Virus record (IMG/VR): IMGVR_UViG_3300025071_000024 | Coordinates: 1-34,381 of that record | Strand: one strand, 5' to 3' | DNA length: 34,381 nucleotides | Origin: a virus | Taxonomy: Duplodnaviria; Caudoviricetes | Part shown: positions 10,501 to 18,078 of the stretch, in pieces | How the letters are laid out: every line of letters begins with the position of its first letter | Numbering within the stretch: position 1 is the first letter of the stretch | The notes under the pieces: generated by a model | Databases searched by the model: none | Told to the model about the DNA's origin: nothing | The model's input: only the letters and a program-made list of their open reading frames with translations | Position numbers and translations under genes: made by a program

Positions 10501-13134
10501 CATGACTTGTCACCTGTAACTTATGGAATAGATTACAATGTAGTTAATCAAAAACCTAAAAAAGTAAACGAACATAAGACTATTGCAAATCATTTGTTAA
10601 ATAATGGCGCAGAAATAGATGGTAATATGTCTATTGACGAAGTAATTAATAAATTAAATTTAGAAAAAACTCCCGGTATGAAAGAACATATTGCTAATAT
10701 TATCAATGAATCTTCTATAAGACAACAACCTCTATTTGTTTCAACAGTAAGAAATATGCTTACAAGTGGTGCATTATCAAAAATAGGAAATGCAGATGTA
10801 TCTCATTTACATACTCCTAATGATGATATTATGGGTACTGAATATGATGAGTTAAACAGTAATGATAAGTTTCATCATGACTTACATAATTCAAATATAC
10901 ACGATGCAATATCTATTGCACAAAAAAGAGCAGGAAAAGAAAATGAAAATTGGAAGGCAAATCCTATACACGGTTTATCTCAATCACTAAACCATATTCT
11001 TAACACGCAACATTTTGGTCAATCAATGCAGAATAGTGGATTAGAATATTTTCACGCTAGAGATTTTGATGCTCATGGTGCAAAAGACATGGGTAAAGGA
11101 GTTAAGAAAATCACCGCTACTACTAGAAATAACTTAGATTCTTTAATTGTGTTAGATGAAAGAAAATTGATGGATGATAGAGGTGGCGTATTAGACAGTG
11201 CATTTGAAGCACCTACAACTGAAACAGTTGCTAGAGCAGGTCTAGGCACTCATTCTAAAATAGGTAAAGTGAATCCTACTAACGCTTCTATTTACAATAT
11301 ATTTGGTGTAGGAGATATTCATGAAGGATTTGTAGCAGAACCATCTTTTGGTATTGAAACTAATACACAGGGTGAACCTATGGTTGGGGAACATACTCAA
11401 CCGGGTTTTTATCCAAGAGTAAGTGAAGAAGCGTTAAATTCAATGTTTGGAGAAGAAACTATACAACAAGTACTACCAAATTTACCACCACCACAAAATA
11501 CTCTTTCAGCACATCAAGGGGTAAATATGGATACATACTTATCTCCATCGGATGACCCTTCAACAATTGCTATGAGTGAAGTTTCTACATATATTTCATC
11601 TCTTCTAAATCCCGATGTATTGTTAGTAAAGAGTGACGATGTTAAATGGTCACCACCAATAAGACCTATGCATAGAATATTTGAGTTAAATGATTTACAT
11701 CATCTAAGAGGTTTTAGCGGTTCTTGGGTTGTAAGTAAATGGTATGATGGAAAAAGAGTTATCATAGTAAGTGAAGATGAAGTAATTACTACATACGATG
11801 AAAATGGTAAAAAAGTAGGATTGAAAAAATTATTTAAAGAAAATCTTTCAAAGTTAAATAAAAGAGATTATGTCATAGATGGTATCTTAGGTGAAGAAGA
11901 ATTAAACATAATAGATATTCTAAATTACGATGCTAACAATGTAAGTGATATGACAATGTTTGAAAGAATGAAACTATTGAGAAGTCAATTCGATAGTCAT
12001 GAAAACATAATTATTCCGGGTCCACATGATACTAAAATGACAGACGAAGAAGGTTTAGAAGATACAGTTTCTAATTTACAAGAAGAACATAAAGTAATTT
12101 TACTAAGAGATGGTAAGTCAACATATATGAAAGGTGAAAGACGACATCCAAAATGGATGTTACTTAGAAATACTAAAGACTACAATTTCATAGTACTAGA
12201 TGTTAAAGGTAAAAATTCACATACTTATAGACTAGGTGCAGGGCCGATATTAGACGGCTCAAAACTAGGTAATAGAGCAGTAGAAGTTAATGGACAAGAG
12301 TATATGGACATAGGAACAATACATAATCAAACAGACTTATACAAAGTAGGAGATGTAGTTAGAGTATCTATTACAGGAGTAACTAAGAAAACTCGTGGTG
12401 GAAGAGATGTCTTCAATGTACAAATGAAACAAATAACCGGTAAAGGTGATGGTGAAGGTGCGGCTAGTGCAGAATCATTAGATATACTTACTAAATCTTT
12501 GAGTCCCATTTTAGTTCCACACGATATAGAATACGATAATAATAAATTAAAAGTTATATTAAAAGATGTAGATACTGTAGAATACGATGTTGTAAATTAT
12601 GGTAACTTATGGTATTTAGAAAACCCTTCTACAGCATTGAGTGGTATGGTGAAATCTAACTACCCTGTTACATTAGCAGAAAGTATGTATCCATATTGGG
12701 GTGCCGTAGCACCACTTATGTTTGACGGTCACATAGTCAAAGAAGGTGTATTAGACCAAAAACCACCAAGTCGTAAAAGACAAGAAAAACAATCAGCAGG
12801 TGTATTAGAGGCCGATGATGATAACAGGTTACTCAAACCAACTACTAAAAAAGCATTAGATATTATTTCTCGTGCATTAGACCAACTTTCTAAAGAAAAA
12901 ATTACTTGGACAGGACCAAAAGGGCTTGGTATAGATATGGCTACACCTATAGAATCACCAAGTGGTCCAACTCGTTTGGCTAATGAAGAAACTATGCCGG
13001 ACTACGATGGTAGAAAGCGTAGTGATGAAAAAGTAATTGAGCCTAAAAGTAATCACAAAGAAAAGAAACCCATAAAACACATAGATATTAAACAAAATAC
13101 TTCACAGTTGTCCGATTTTAATGAAGTAAATTGA
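7567..13134 (+). CDS. 1855-aa protein: about 1350 aa of unknown N-terminal sequence plus a degenerate ATP-dependent DNA ligase-like domain (NTase + OB fold, about aa 1356-1643)
   Basis: GGTGA SD. Ligase motif order is recognisable: SKWYDGKRV (I), VIDGIL (III), IIDIL (IIIa), FERMKLL, VILLRDGKSTYMKGERRHPKWMLLR (IV-V), then OB-like DYNFIVLD...YMDIGTI...KVGDVVRV. Confidence 0.85.
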   Translation: MLQDFYIRKNDFVISLYDGLDLSRTAAEYIMAWESLEKSPNDLFSLNLKDTAETIIKFDKKEGAGYLLSSKPTFGEPTNHVWADGMIRREGRGHSIYPTYRADAKSSYTDSHFPYHEMNHPLRQINHATGLPNMIEVLRSFALGGASNQEMEMEKKWYKSMTEKNSPLVTGFKSGSTTIPILGDINTPGTVAQHQHHLYERDYRRWKKQNADLETELQSKGLKAKELESELRHSHFDDKVKDWTSQEGELGLDGFMYGLEWFTPEERDSIEEQLHEGIDNKSTFTLPNGEKIPTARIAVNNLLRRTPEMNFMLRSNQNFGRNAHYRNQSNEDDYSQGENRFIRSALGESVHNQNDLLDYPIADYILSEINEKYAVDGKEPLQVLPSLETHKTKPKDNYTYQDLQRVSKHKRLSMEDLLFLAGFDPNTKQLIENHPIHGKMDGPIIDLPTLEKTQEYAQRNGTVQQLAKEMSNDLAFLKSPHGPHPDEEKQDFWETDPDGYTYGPGKLYSSLYNNIPGMNVSPATWIDFVHSMSHDKNNSIMFQTDPTNNQFWMPNQENTILGMHFGPLFSQEIGNFNDFKFNYTPEQMPIQNIFSPFGTSKRSNISEKNNYTEHKSAINPMYEYMMRTASPAFKRQLDSFNQHLSPHTSTNPTFAQKPESMYGSTPSDSRLHERAVKAQLHNTFLNRVGHPFTPSKKSIGQLKDFLTGDLTLSAGLDLQEFKDYVGWDSKPTTYGNVKDIIETGDFPIVRLVNSASKILNTTDGRKINDFIESLSVDKNNEKYKQLHDYYRDNFDFNVNDKINLNAANSALQSITSKFHQRKLENKKSRSYKPKTNPSEVIQSILRFGGSSISTEKENRIRETIDSINEMLTNPDLSQEQVMGLREDLQNSVTQLNQVQQSTKQKDKPSNHWKINAKQYLDMLQSHHDTIVDYAKNVMIPLVIEQQPNAFDPSNPTQFIHNVQKLLADTQRHILATDNHDLSPVTYGIDYNVVNQKPKKVNEHKTIANHLLNNGAEIDGNMSIDEVINKLNLEKTPGMKEHIANIINESSIRQQPLFVSTVRNMLTSGALSKIGNADVSHLHTPNDDIMGTEYDELNSNDKFHHDLHNSNIHDAISIAQKRAGKENENWKANPIHGLSQSLNHILNTQHFGQSMQNSGLEYFHARDFDAHGAKDMGKGVKKITATTRNNLDSLIVLDERKLMDDRGGVLDSAFEAPTTETVARAGLGTHSKIGKVNPTNASIYNIFGVGDIHEGFVAEPSFGIETNTQGEPMVGEHTQPGFYPRVSEEALNSMFGEETIQQVLPNLPPPQNTLSAHQGVNMDTYLSPSDDPSTIAMSEVSTYISSLLNPDVLLVKSDDVKWSPPIRPMHRIFELNDLHHLRGFSGSWVVSKWYDGKRVIIVSEDEVITTYDENGKKVGLKKLFKENLSKLNKRDYVIDGILGEEELNIIDILNYDANNVSDMTMFERMKLLRSQFDSHENIIIPGPHDTKMTDEEGLEDTVSNLQEEHKVILLRDGKSTYMKGERRHPKWMLLRNTKDYNFIVLDVKGKNSHTYRLGAGPILDGSKLGNRAVEVNGQEYMDIGTIHNQTDLYKVGDVVRVSITGVTKKTRGGRDVFNVQMKQITGKGDGEGAASAESLDILTKSLSPILVPHDIEYDNNKLKVILKDVDTVEYDVVNYGNLWYLENPSTALSGMVKSNYPVTLAESMYPYWGAVAPLMFDGHIVKEGVLDQKPPSRKRQEKQSAGVLEADDDNRLLKPTTKKALDIISRALDQLSKEKITWTGPKGLGIDMATPIESPSGPTRLANEETMPDYDGRKRSDEKVIEPKSNHKEKKPIKHIDIKQNTSQLSDFNEVN

Positions 13135-13145
13135 TTTCTTTAAGA

Positions 13146-13172
13146 GATAAAGTATCAGTTTACTATAAGTAG
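13146..13172 (+). promoter_or_regulatory. Probable archaeal promoter (purine-rich stretch plus TATAAG) for the protease-MCP operon, probably leaderless
   Basis: TATAAG at 13164-13169 lies about 25-30 nt upstream of ATG 13194, which has no clear SD. Confidence 0.5.
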
Positions 13173-13193
13173 GATGACAGTAAGTTGTGTAAA

Positions 13194-14612
13194 ATGATGC
13201 TAACCTTACAGCGACCATCTACAGGGCTATCTGTCCTAAAGAGTGGTAGCGATTTAATTGTAGCAGGATACGCATCTGTAGAACTTGTTGATAAGCAAGG
13301 AGATTTAATTACTCGTGGTGCATTAAAGAATGCATTTGATGGATTTATGAAGAGTGACAAGTACCGAAATGTACAATTGGCTCACTCTAATATACAAGTT
13401 GGAGAAGTCATAGATAATTATGTTGACTCTAACGGAAGAATGTGGAAGTCCGAAGTAGACGACACAGGAATGTTCGTAGTATGTAAACTACGAAACGATA
13501 TAGAAAAGGCTCGTGAAGTAGCCGCAGAAATACGCAAAGGTAATTTGCAAGGATTCTCCATTGGTGGACAGGCTTTCAAGCGTGTTAGGAAGGCTGATGG
13601 AGAACACGGAGAATACCAAGAAATAAGTAAAATGGAACTCCACGAAATAACAATTTGCGAAAAAGGTATTAACCCGGAAGCGCAATTTAGAATTTTAAAA
13701 GAAGATGTGAGTAAAATGACAGATATAGACAATGACCTAAATGCAGTAATGAACAGACTTGAACAAAGACTTGATGCCATGGAGAAAGGTGAAATACCAC
13801 CTCAACTCCGAGAACATATCAAGGGCAAGAAAGATGATTCCGAAGATAAAGAAGAAAAGAAGGATGAGAAAATGAAGGCTGATGAAGAAGAAATGAAAGA
13901 AAAGAAAGATAAGAAAGAAGACAAAGATGACAAAATGTACGCAAAAGGAAACGAGTACAGCGATGTTATCAGTGCTGAATATCTAAATTGGATGGAAGAC
14001 ACTCTTAAATCCGCAGGTGTAAACACCATGGATGCAAGACTTCACTTTGACCAAATGGAAAAAGCACAACTTGGTGGATTCGATAACCCGGATACAGTAG
14101 ACGGTGCAGATTACTTCGCCGGACAAGTTAGAGGCCGAGGACAAACAGCAGGTAGCCCATCGACTGGTGCTATCAGTGCAGTAACTCAAAGTGGCGGAAA
14201 ACAACCGGCAGGTGCTATGGGACCGGCTGACCTTTCAAAGTCTTACATTAATCCATCAAATGTTTCATCAAGTGATATTGAAGCGGCTTATGAAGTTTAC
14301 AAAGCGGCGGCTATGGAACAACAATTCCGAGGCAACTTAGAAGGACACTTTGCATCTCGTTTCAATGAAGAACAATCAATAGCAAAATCTCAAGCAGAAA
14401 AAGCACAGTTTGATGCTCGTCAACCAATTGGTGAAGTTATGAAGGCTCTTGAAGGACTATCCGAAAGAATTGATAACCTAACCACAGAAGGAACAACAAT
14501 TGCAAAATCTGTAAGTTCTAACAATGTAACAATCCCGTCTACTCAAGACCTAAACAACATGTCTTGGGATGAGGTACATACACTAGCAAATAGTGTATAC
14601 AGGAGTGCTTGA
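13194..14612 (+). CDS. HK97-type prohead protease fused to a C-terminal scaffolding domain
   Basis: IVAGYASVELVDKQGDLI, LAHS (His), LQGFSIGG (Ser) and LHEITIC...NPEA, followed by a charged coiled-coil scaffold-like region. Directly upstream of the MCP. ATG 13194 is preferred to TTG 13185. Confidence 0.92.
   Translation: MMLTLQRPSTGLSVLKSGSDLIVAGYASVELVDKQGDLITRGALKNAFDGFMKSDKYRNVQLAHSNIQVGEVIDNYVDSNGRMWKSEVDDTGMFVVCKLRNDIEKAREVAAEIRKGNLQGFSIGGQAFKRVRKADGEHGEYQEISKMELHEITICEKGINPEAQFRILKEDVSKMTDIDNDLNAVMNRLEQRLDAMEKGEIPPQLREHIKGKKDDSEDKEEKKDEKMKADEEEMKEKKDKKEDKDDKMYAKGNEYSDVISAEYLNWMEDTLKSAGVNTMDARLHFDQMEKAQLGGFDNPDTVDGADYFAGQVRGRGQTAGSPSTGAISAVTQSGGKQPAGAMGPADLSKSYINPSNVSSSDIEAAYEVYKAAAMEQQFRGNLEGHFASRFNEEQSIAKSQAEKAQFDARQPIGEVMKALEGLSERIDNLTTEGTTIAKSVSSNNVTIPSTQDLNNMSWDEVHTLANSVYRSA
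13716..14612 (+). CDS. Putative nested in-frame scaffolding protein from an internal start
   Basis: GATGTGA (one mismatch to GAGGTGA) 5 nt before in-frame ATG 13716, right after the end of the protease domain. Confidence 0.5.
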   Translation: MTDIDNDLNAVMNRLEQRLDAMEKGEIPPQLREHIKGKKDDSEDKEEKKDEKMKADEEEMKEKKDKKEDKDDKMYAKGNEYSDVISAEYLNWMEDTLKSAGVNTMDARLHFDQMEKAQLGGFDNPDTVDGADYFAGQVRGRGQTAGSPSTGAISAVTQSGGKQPAGAMGPADLSKSYINPSNVSSSDIEAAYEVYKAAAMEQQFRGNLEGHFASRFNEEQSIAKSQAEKAQFDARQPIGEVMKALEGLSERIDNLTTEGTTIAKSVSSNNVTIPSTQDLNNMSWDEVHTLANSVYRSA

Positions 14613-14644
14613 GGATAATAAATTAAAAAAAGGAGATGAATAAT

Positions 14645-15817
14645 ATGGCAAGAGATTACATAAGAAACATAACAGATATGGAAAGATACTTTTACGGTGC
14701 AGGAAACGCTATGGGCTACTCCTACTCCGGTAGTGAGTTATTGAAAGCAGATGCCCCAATGCTAAGTAGTACAGCAGGTACTTACCAAGCAATCTACGGT
14801 AGAAAAGTTTGGTCACAATTGAACCAAGAATTTAATGCATTTTCAATACTACCTAAGAGGCCGTGGGAAAGAAGCGGTTGGAGAGTTATTACTGACAGAC
14901 CATCCTTCGAGAAAGGTGGCGGAGTTGCAGAAAACGCTACTCTACCGGACACAACCAAACCACAGTTCCAACACATAGCCGCAAAACCTAAGACAGTTGT
15001 TCACACATTCGATATGAGCGAAACTGCTATGTTTTTGGCTGACAAAGATGACGGACTAGGCGACATTCGCTCAGTACTAAAGGAAGAAATGGGTAAGCAC
15101 CACGCAGAACACATCAACAAGATGTTGACAGAAGACGCTGAAACAGTTGCAGGTAATGATTTCGAGTCACTTGACAGAATCACTGGTAACGATGGTGGCG
15201 CAAGTGGTGGACTAACATCTATGGAAACTGGTGCATCAGTAGGTACAGACCACTGTGGCGCAACTGACCTTGACATCTACAGCATTAGCCGAAGTGCTAA
15301 CGCATGGTCAAACGCAGAAGTAAACTGTGGTGCAGACCGAGCCGCAGGTAGCCGTAGAACTCTTTCATTAGACCATTTGGACACCCTATTCCAACAGATT
15401 TGGGTTCGTGGTGGTAATCCAAAGGTTATCCTAACTGGATATGACACTCTAATGAGATTACAACAACTACTACAAAGCCAACAAAGGTTCATGGAAGAGA
15501 AGAGAGTTACACCAACCTACAACGGTGTTAAGGGTGTACCGGGTATTGAAGCCGGTTTCATCGTAGCAACCTACAACGGTGTACCTATTATTCCATCTAA
15601 GGATATACAAAAAGACGGACTATCCCGTATGTACTTCCTAGATACTGATTACCTATACTTCTCAACTGCTATACCAACTCAATACTTTGAATCCGGTATC
15701 GAAACCGGTGACCCATTCGCTATTAACCGTCTAGGACAAGAGGGTATGTACCGTTCAATGGGAGAAGTTTGGACTACTTTCTTTGGAGGACATGGCTCGA
15801 TTCGTGACCTACAGTGA
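14645..15817 (+). CDS. Major capsid protein (HK97 fold, halovirus/magrovirus style)
   Basis: Follows the protease and is about 390 aa. GGAGATGA SD 5 nt before ATG 14645. Motifs IYGRKVWSQLNQEFNAFSILPK, GGVAENATLP, FESLDRI and YNGVPIIPS. Confidence 0.93.
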   Translation: MARDYIRNITDMERYFYGAGNAMGYSYSGSELLKADAPMLSSTAGTYQAIYGRKVWSQLNQEFNAFSILPKRPWERSGWRVITDRPSFEKGGGVAENATLPDTTKPQFQHIAAKPKTVVHTFDMSETAMFLADKDDGLGDIRSVLKEEMGKHHAEHINKMLTEDAETVAGNDFESLDRITGNDGGASGGLTSMETGASVGTDHCGATDLDIYSISRSANAWSNAEVNCGADRAAGSRRTLSLDHLDTLFQQIWVRGGNPKVILTGYDTLMRLQQLLQSQQRFMEEKRVTPTYNGVKGVPGIEAGFIVATYNGVPIIPSKDIQKDGLSRMYFLDTDYLYFSTAIPTQYFESGIETGDPFAINRLGQEGMYRSMGEVWTTFFGGHGSIRDLQ

Positions 15818-15855
15818 GGATTAATGGAGAAAAAATATTAAGGAGATGATTAAAC

Positions 15856-16323
15856 ATGGCATTAACAAATACAAAAAAAGGATTAACAGTAACAGCAGAT
15901 GACACAGGAATAGACAATGTAGACATTCTACTTGACTTAGACATGAGAACTGGCTCTCTAGTTGACGAAACTCGATGGCTTGACGGTGCCGCAGGTGCCG
16001 CAGGTGCATACCCCGGTAGTATAACCGGTTTCACCGCTACCAATGATAACACTATCAACAACGCCGGTGGCTCAATGAGAATGGTTACAGTGAGAGTTCA
16101 AGCAAAGGCCGCCGCAGGTGGTAGCATTATTTTCTCAACTGACACAACTTCAACAGATGGTCAAGACGGAACACCTGTGAGCAAAGTTATTGCAATAGTA
16201 GGTAGAAATGATAGAGTAGCACATACAATTGTAGGAACAATTGATGGAACAGACCCTCTAAAGATTAACCTAACACCATCTAACGCCGCCGCAGACAGTG
16301 ACTTAACAGTTCTACTAATGTGA
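15856..16323 (+). CDS. Putative capsid decoration/cement protein
   Basis: Strong GGAGATGA SD, immediately after the MCP, rich in Thr/Ala/Gly beta-type sequence. Function inferred from position. Confidence 0.6.
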   Translation: MALTNTKKGLTVTADDTGIDNVDILLDLDMRTGSLVDETRWLDGAAGAAGAYPGSITGFTATNDNTINNAGGSMRMVTVRVQAKAAAGGSIIFSTDTTSTDGQDGTPVSKVIAIVGRNDRVAHTIVGTIDGTDPLKINLTPSNAAADSDLTVLLM

Positions 16324-16333
16324 GGTGGGCTAA

Positions 16334-16711
16334 TTGCCTACAGTAACCTATAGAGGGGCTTATTACGAATCCCGAATGGTCGGCTCTAAGGGAGTTTGGA
16401 TAAGGGGTAAACCTACCGAAGTTTCTCAAGAGTGGCTTAACAAGTGGCGAGACACATTAGATACTAGAACCTTCCTTATTGAAGGCGATGAAGGAGAAAC
16501 TGTTGACTTGAAAGATGACGGTATACCGGATATTGCATGGGCTAGGAAAGATATTCTAAAGTGGCTTAAAGATAATGAAGTTAAAACAGGCGCAGGTTAT
16601 CTAACTAAAACGGCGGCTTTGGATTTAGTGAAATCTCATTTGAATCCTCCTATAGTTGAGGAAGATTTAAGTCAAGTAGAAGATACCATAGAAACAGGAA
16701 GTGAAGAATAA
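16334..16711 (+). CDS. Hypothetical protein with a probable HeH/LEM-like C-terminal helical domain
   Basis: GAGGTGG SD then TTG. WARKDILKWLKDNEV...TKTAALDLVK fits a helix-extension-helix pattern. Confidence 0.65.
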   Translation: MPTVTYRGAYYESRMVGSKGVWIRGKPTEVSQEWLNKWRDTLDTRTFLIEGDEGETVDLKDDGIPDIAWARKDILKWLKDNEVKTGAGYLTKTAALDLVKSHLNPPIVEEDLSQVEDTIETGSEE

Positions 16712-17034
16712 TGGCAGTAACCATAGACCCAAGACCGACAGTGTTCGGAGATAGAATGATTATAACAGGAAGGTATGAAGCAGGAGATACTGTTATAGAT
16801 TTGTCCTCTCAACTCGCATCAATTGATGCGTTTATAATTAATCCTTCGGATGGTAATCCTGCATCACTCGATGGTGTGTTAGACCCGGCTAACGGTACTA
16901 CTTATGCTGATGGGCAATTAACTGGTTTTGACCAAGGCAGAATTCTAACTGCTGCTTCAATTAAAATACTACCCCCCGTTAAAACTCAAACTGTTGTAGC
17001 CGGAACTTTCTTAGCAATTGGTCGCCGTTCTTGA
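16711..17034 (+). CDS. Putative minor capsid/structural protein
   Basis: TAATG coupling to the upstream gene, beta-rich, located in the head-neck region. Confidence 0.6.
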   Translation: MAVTIDPRPTVFGDRMIITGRYEAGDTVIDLSSQLASIDAFIINPSDGNPASLDGVLDPANGTTYADGQLTGFDQGRILTAASIKILPPVKTQTVVAGTFLAIGRRS

Positions 17035-17044
17035 GGCGATTTAA

Positions 17045-17218
17045 ATGGCGAAAACATGCACAATACTTGGTCCGTTTGCACAAGCAGACTTTAATAATTC
17101 TACTAAAAGAACCGCAGTACAAACCGCTATTGTAGCGGCAATAGGTGCTAATGCCCCTGTATCAGCAGACCCACATGTAATACTTGGTAACATATACATA
17201 TTCGTGACCACATCTTGA
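17045..17218 (+). CDS. 57-aa hypothetical protein, not in the ORF track
   Basis: GAGGCGA SD. Hand translation: MAKTCTILGPFAQADFNNSTKRTAVQTAIVAAIGANAPVSADPHVILGNIYIFVTTS. Fills the gap between neighbours, and its stop is within the next SD (TGAGGTGG). Confidence 0.8.
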   Translation: MAKTCTILGPFAQADFNNSTKRTAVQTAIVAAIGANAPVSADPHVILGNIYIFVTTS

Positions 17219-17227
17219 GGTGGTTAA

Positions 17228-17518
17228 ATGGGTTTTGATTTACAAAAATTAGACCTTAGCGACCTAGTGAGAGCGAGTAAGCAAGGTGTCAAGTTAGACA
17301 CAAATTCTGCCGTAGCGGATAGTGAACACCCACTAAAAGGTGTCACAGGTAGTCAAAGAAATAGAAATAAAAATATAGGTGATATACTTAACATAGGTTC
17401 GGGTACAAGATGTACGCACTGTGGATTTCTACATTTTATGTGGAGAGCAACATGCGCTACATGTGACAAACCTATGGAATATAATCTAGGACATAGAGAT
17501 GACGAAAACAGGATGTAA
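17228..17518 (+). CDS. Zinc-ribbon protein
   Basis: RCTHCGFLHFMWRATCATCDKP (CxxC-x10-CxxC) and a GAGGTGG SD. Confidence 0.8.
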   Translation: MGFDLQKLDLSDLVRASKQGVKLDTNSAVADSEHPLKGVTGSQRNRNKNIGDILNIGSGTRCTHCGFLHFMWRATCATCDKPMEYNLGHRDDENRM

Positions 17519-17522
17519 TAAT

Positions 17523-18065
17523 ATGAGTAGAATATTAATCAAGATGCCAATGAAACCACATAGACAAAAAGTGCTTACACCGGATGGACAAGAAGTTCGT
17601 CTACAACAGTTTGCTAATCGTATGGCGGCGAATGAACTAAGAGGTGCAGGTGGAGATGCACAAGGAGAACAGTTTACTTCTTCTCGTGACAAACTCATGC
17701 GTGACATGGTAGCCAACCCCGAATCACATAATATCAAATTCATGGGCGAAAGAGTACCTTTTGAGGGGCAAAACCTTGAAGAATCTCTTTCTATGCCCAA
17801 TGTAGAAGGTGAGCAAGCCGCTATTGATGGTCAGTTTGCAGGTGAAGAAGAGGGAATATCGGGTAAAGATATGGAAGAAATATTAGCAGAAGAAGATGCT
17901 GATGAAGAATTTAAAACGGGAGAGCGAGGCTCGGACAATAGTGTTCAAAGAGATAGAACTGATACTTTCAATCCCGATAGAGAGGCTGAACACATGAAGC
18001 GTATTATGACTTCTCGTAATGTAATTATGCGTGATGCTTGGAGTGTATTAAAACATTCACAGTGA
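17523..18065 (+). CDS. Acidic hypothetical protein, putative internal head protein
   Basis: ATG 17523 after GGATGT avoids overlap with the upstream gene. Begins MSRILIK|M and ends DAWSVLKHSQ. Confidence 0.7.
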   Translation: MSRILIKMPMKPHRQKVLTPDGQEVRLQQFANRMAANELRGAGGDAQGEQFTSSRDKLMRDMVANPESHNIKFMGERVPFEGQNLEESLSMPNVEGEQAAIDGQFAGEEEGISGKDMEEILAEEDADEEFKTGERGSDNSVQRDRTDTFNPDREAEHMKRIMTSRNVIMRDAWSVLKHSQ

Positions 18066-18078
18066 GGGAGGGTAATGT

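Noticed and set aside
11053-11079. HARDFDAHG as a virion RNA polymerase DxDGD motif
   Set aside because: It lacks the GD of DFDGD, and I saw no other polymerase motifs.
7567-13134. Calling the 1855-aa gene an active DNA ligase (lig)
   Set aside because: The catalytic residues of motifs I, III, IV, V and VI are substituted or missing, so no gene symbol was assigned.
13130-13145. T-rich stretch after the giant gene as a terminator
   Set aside because: It is too short and unremarkable in an AT-rich genome to support a call.
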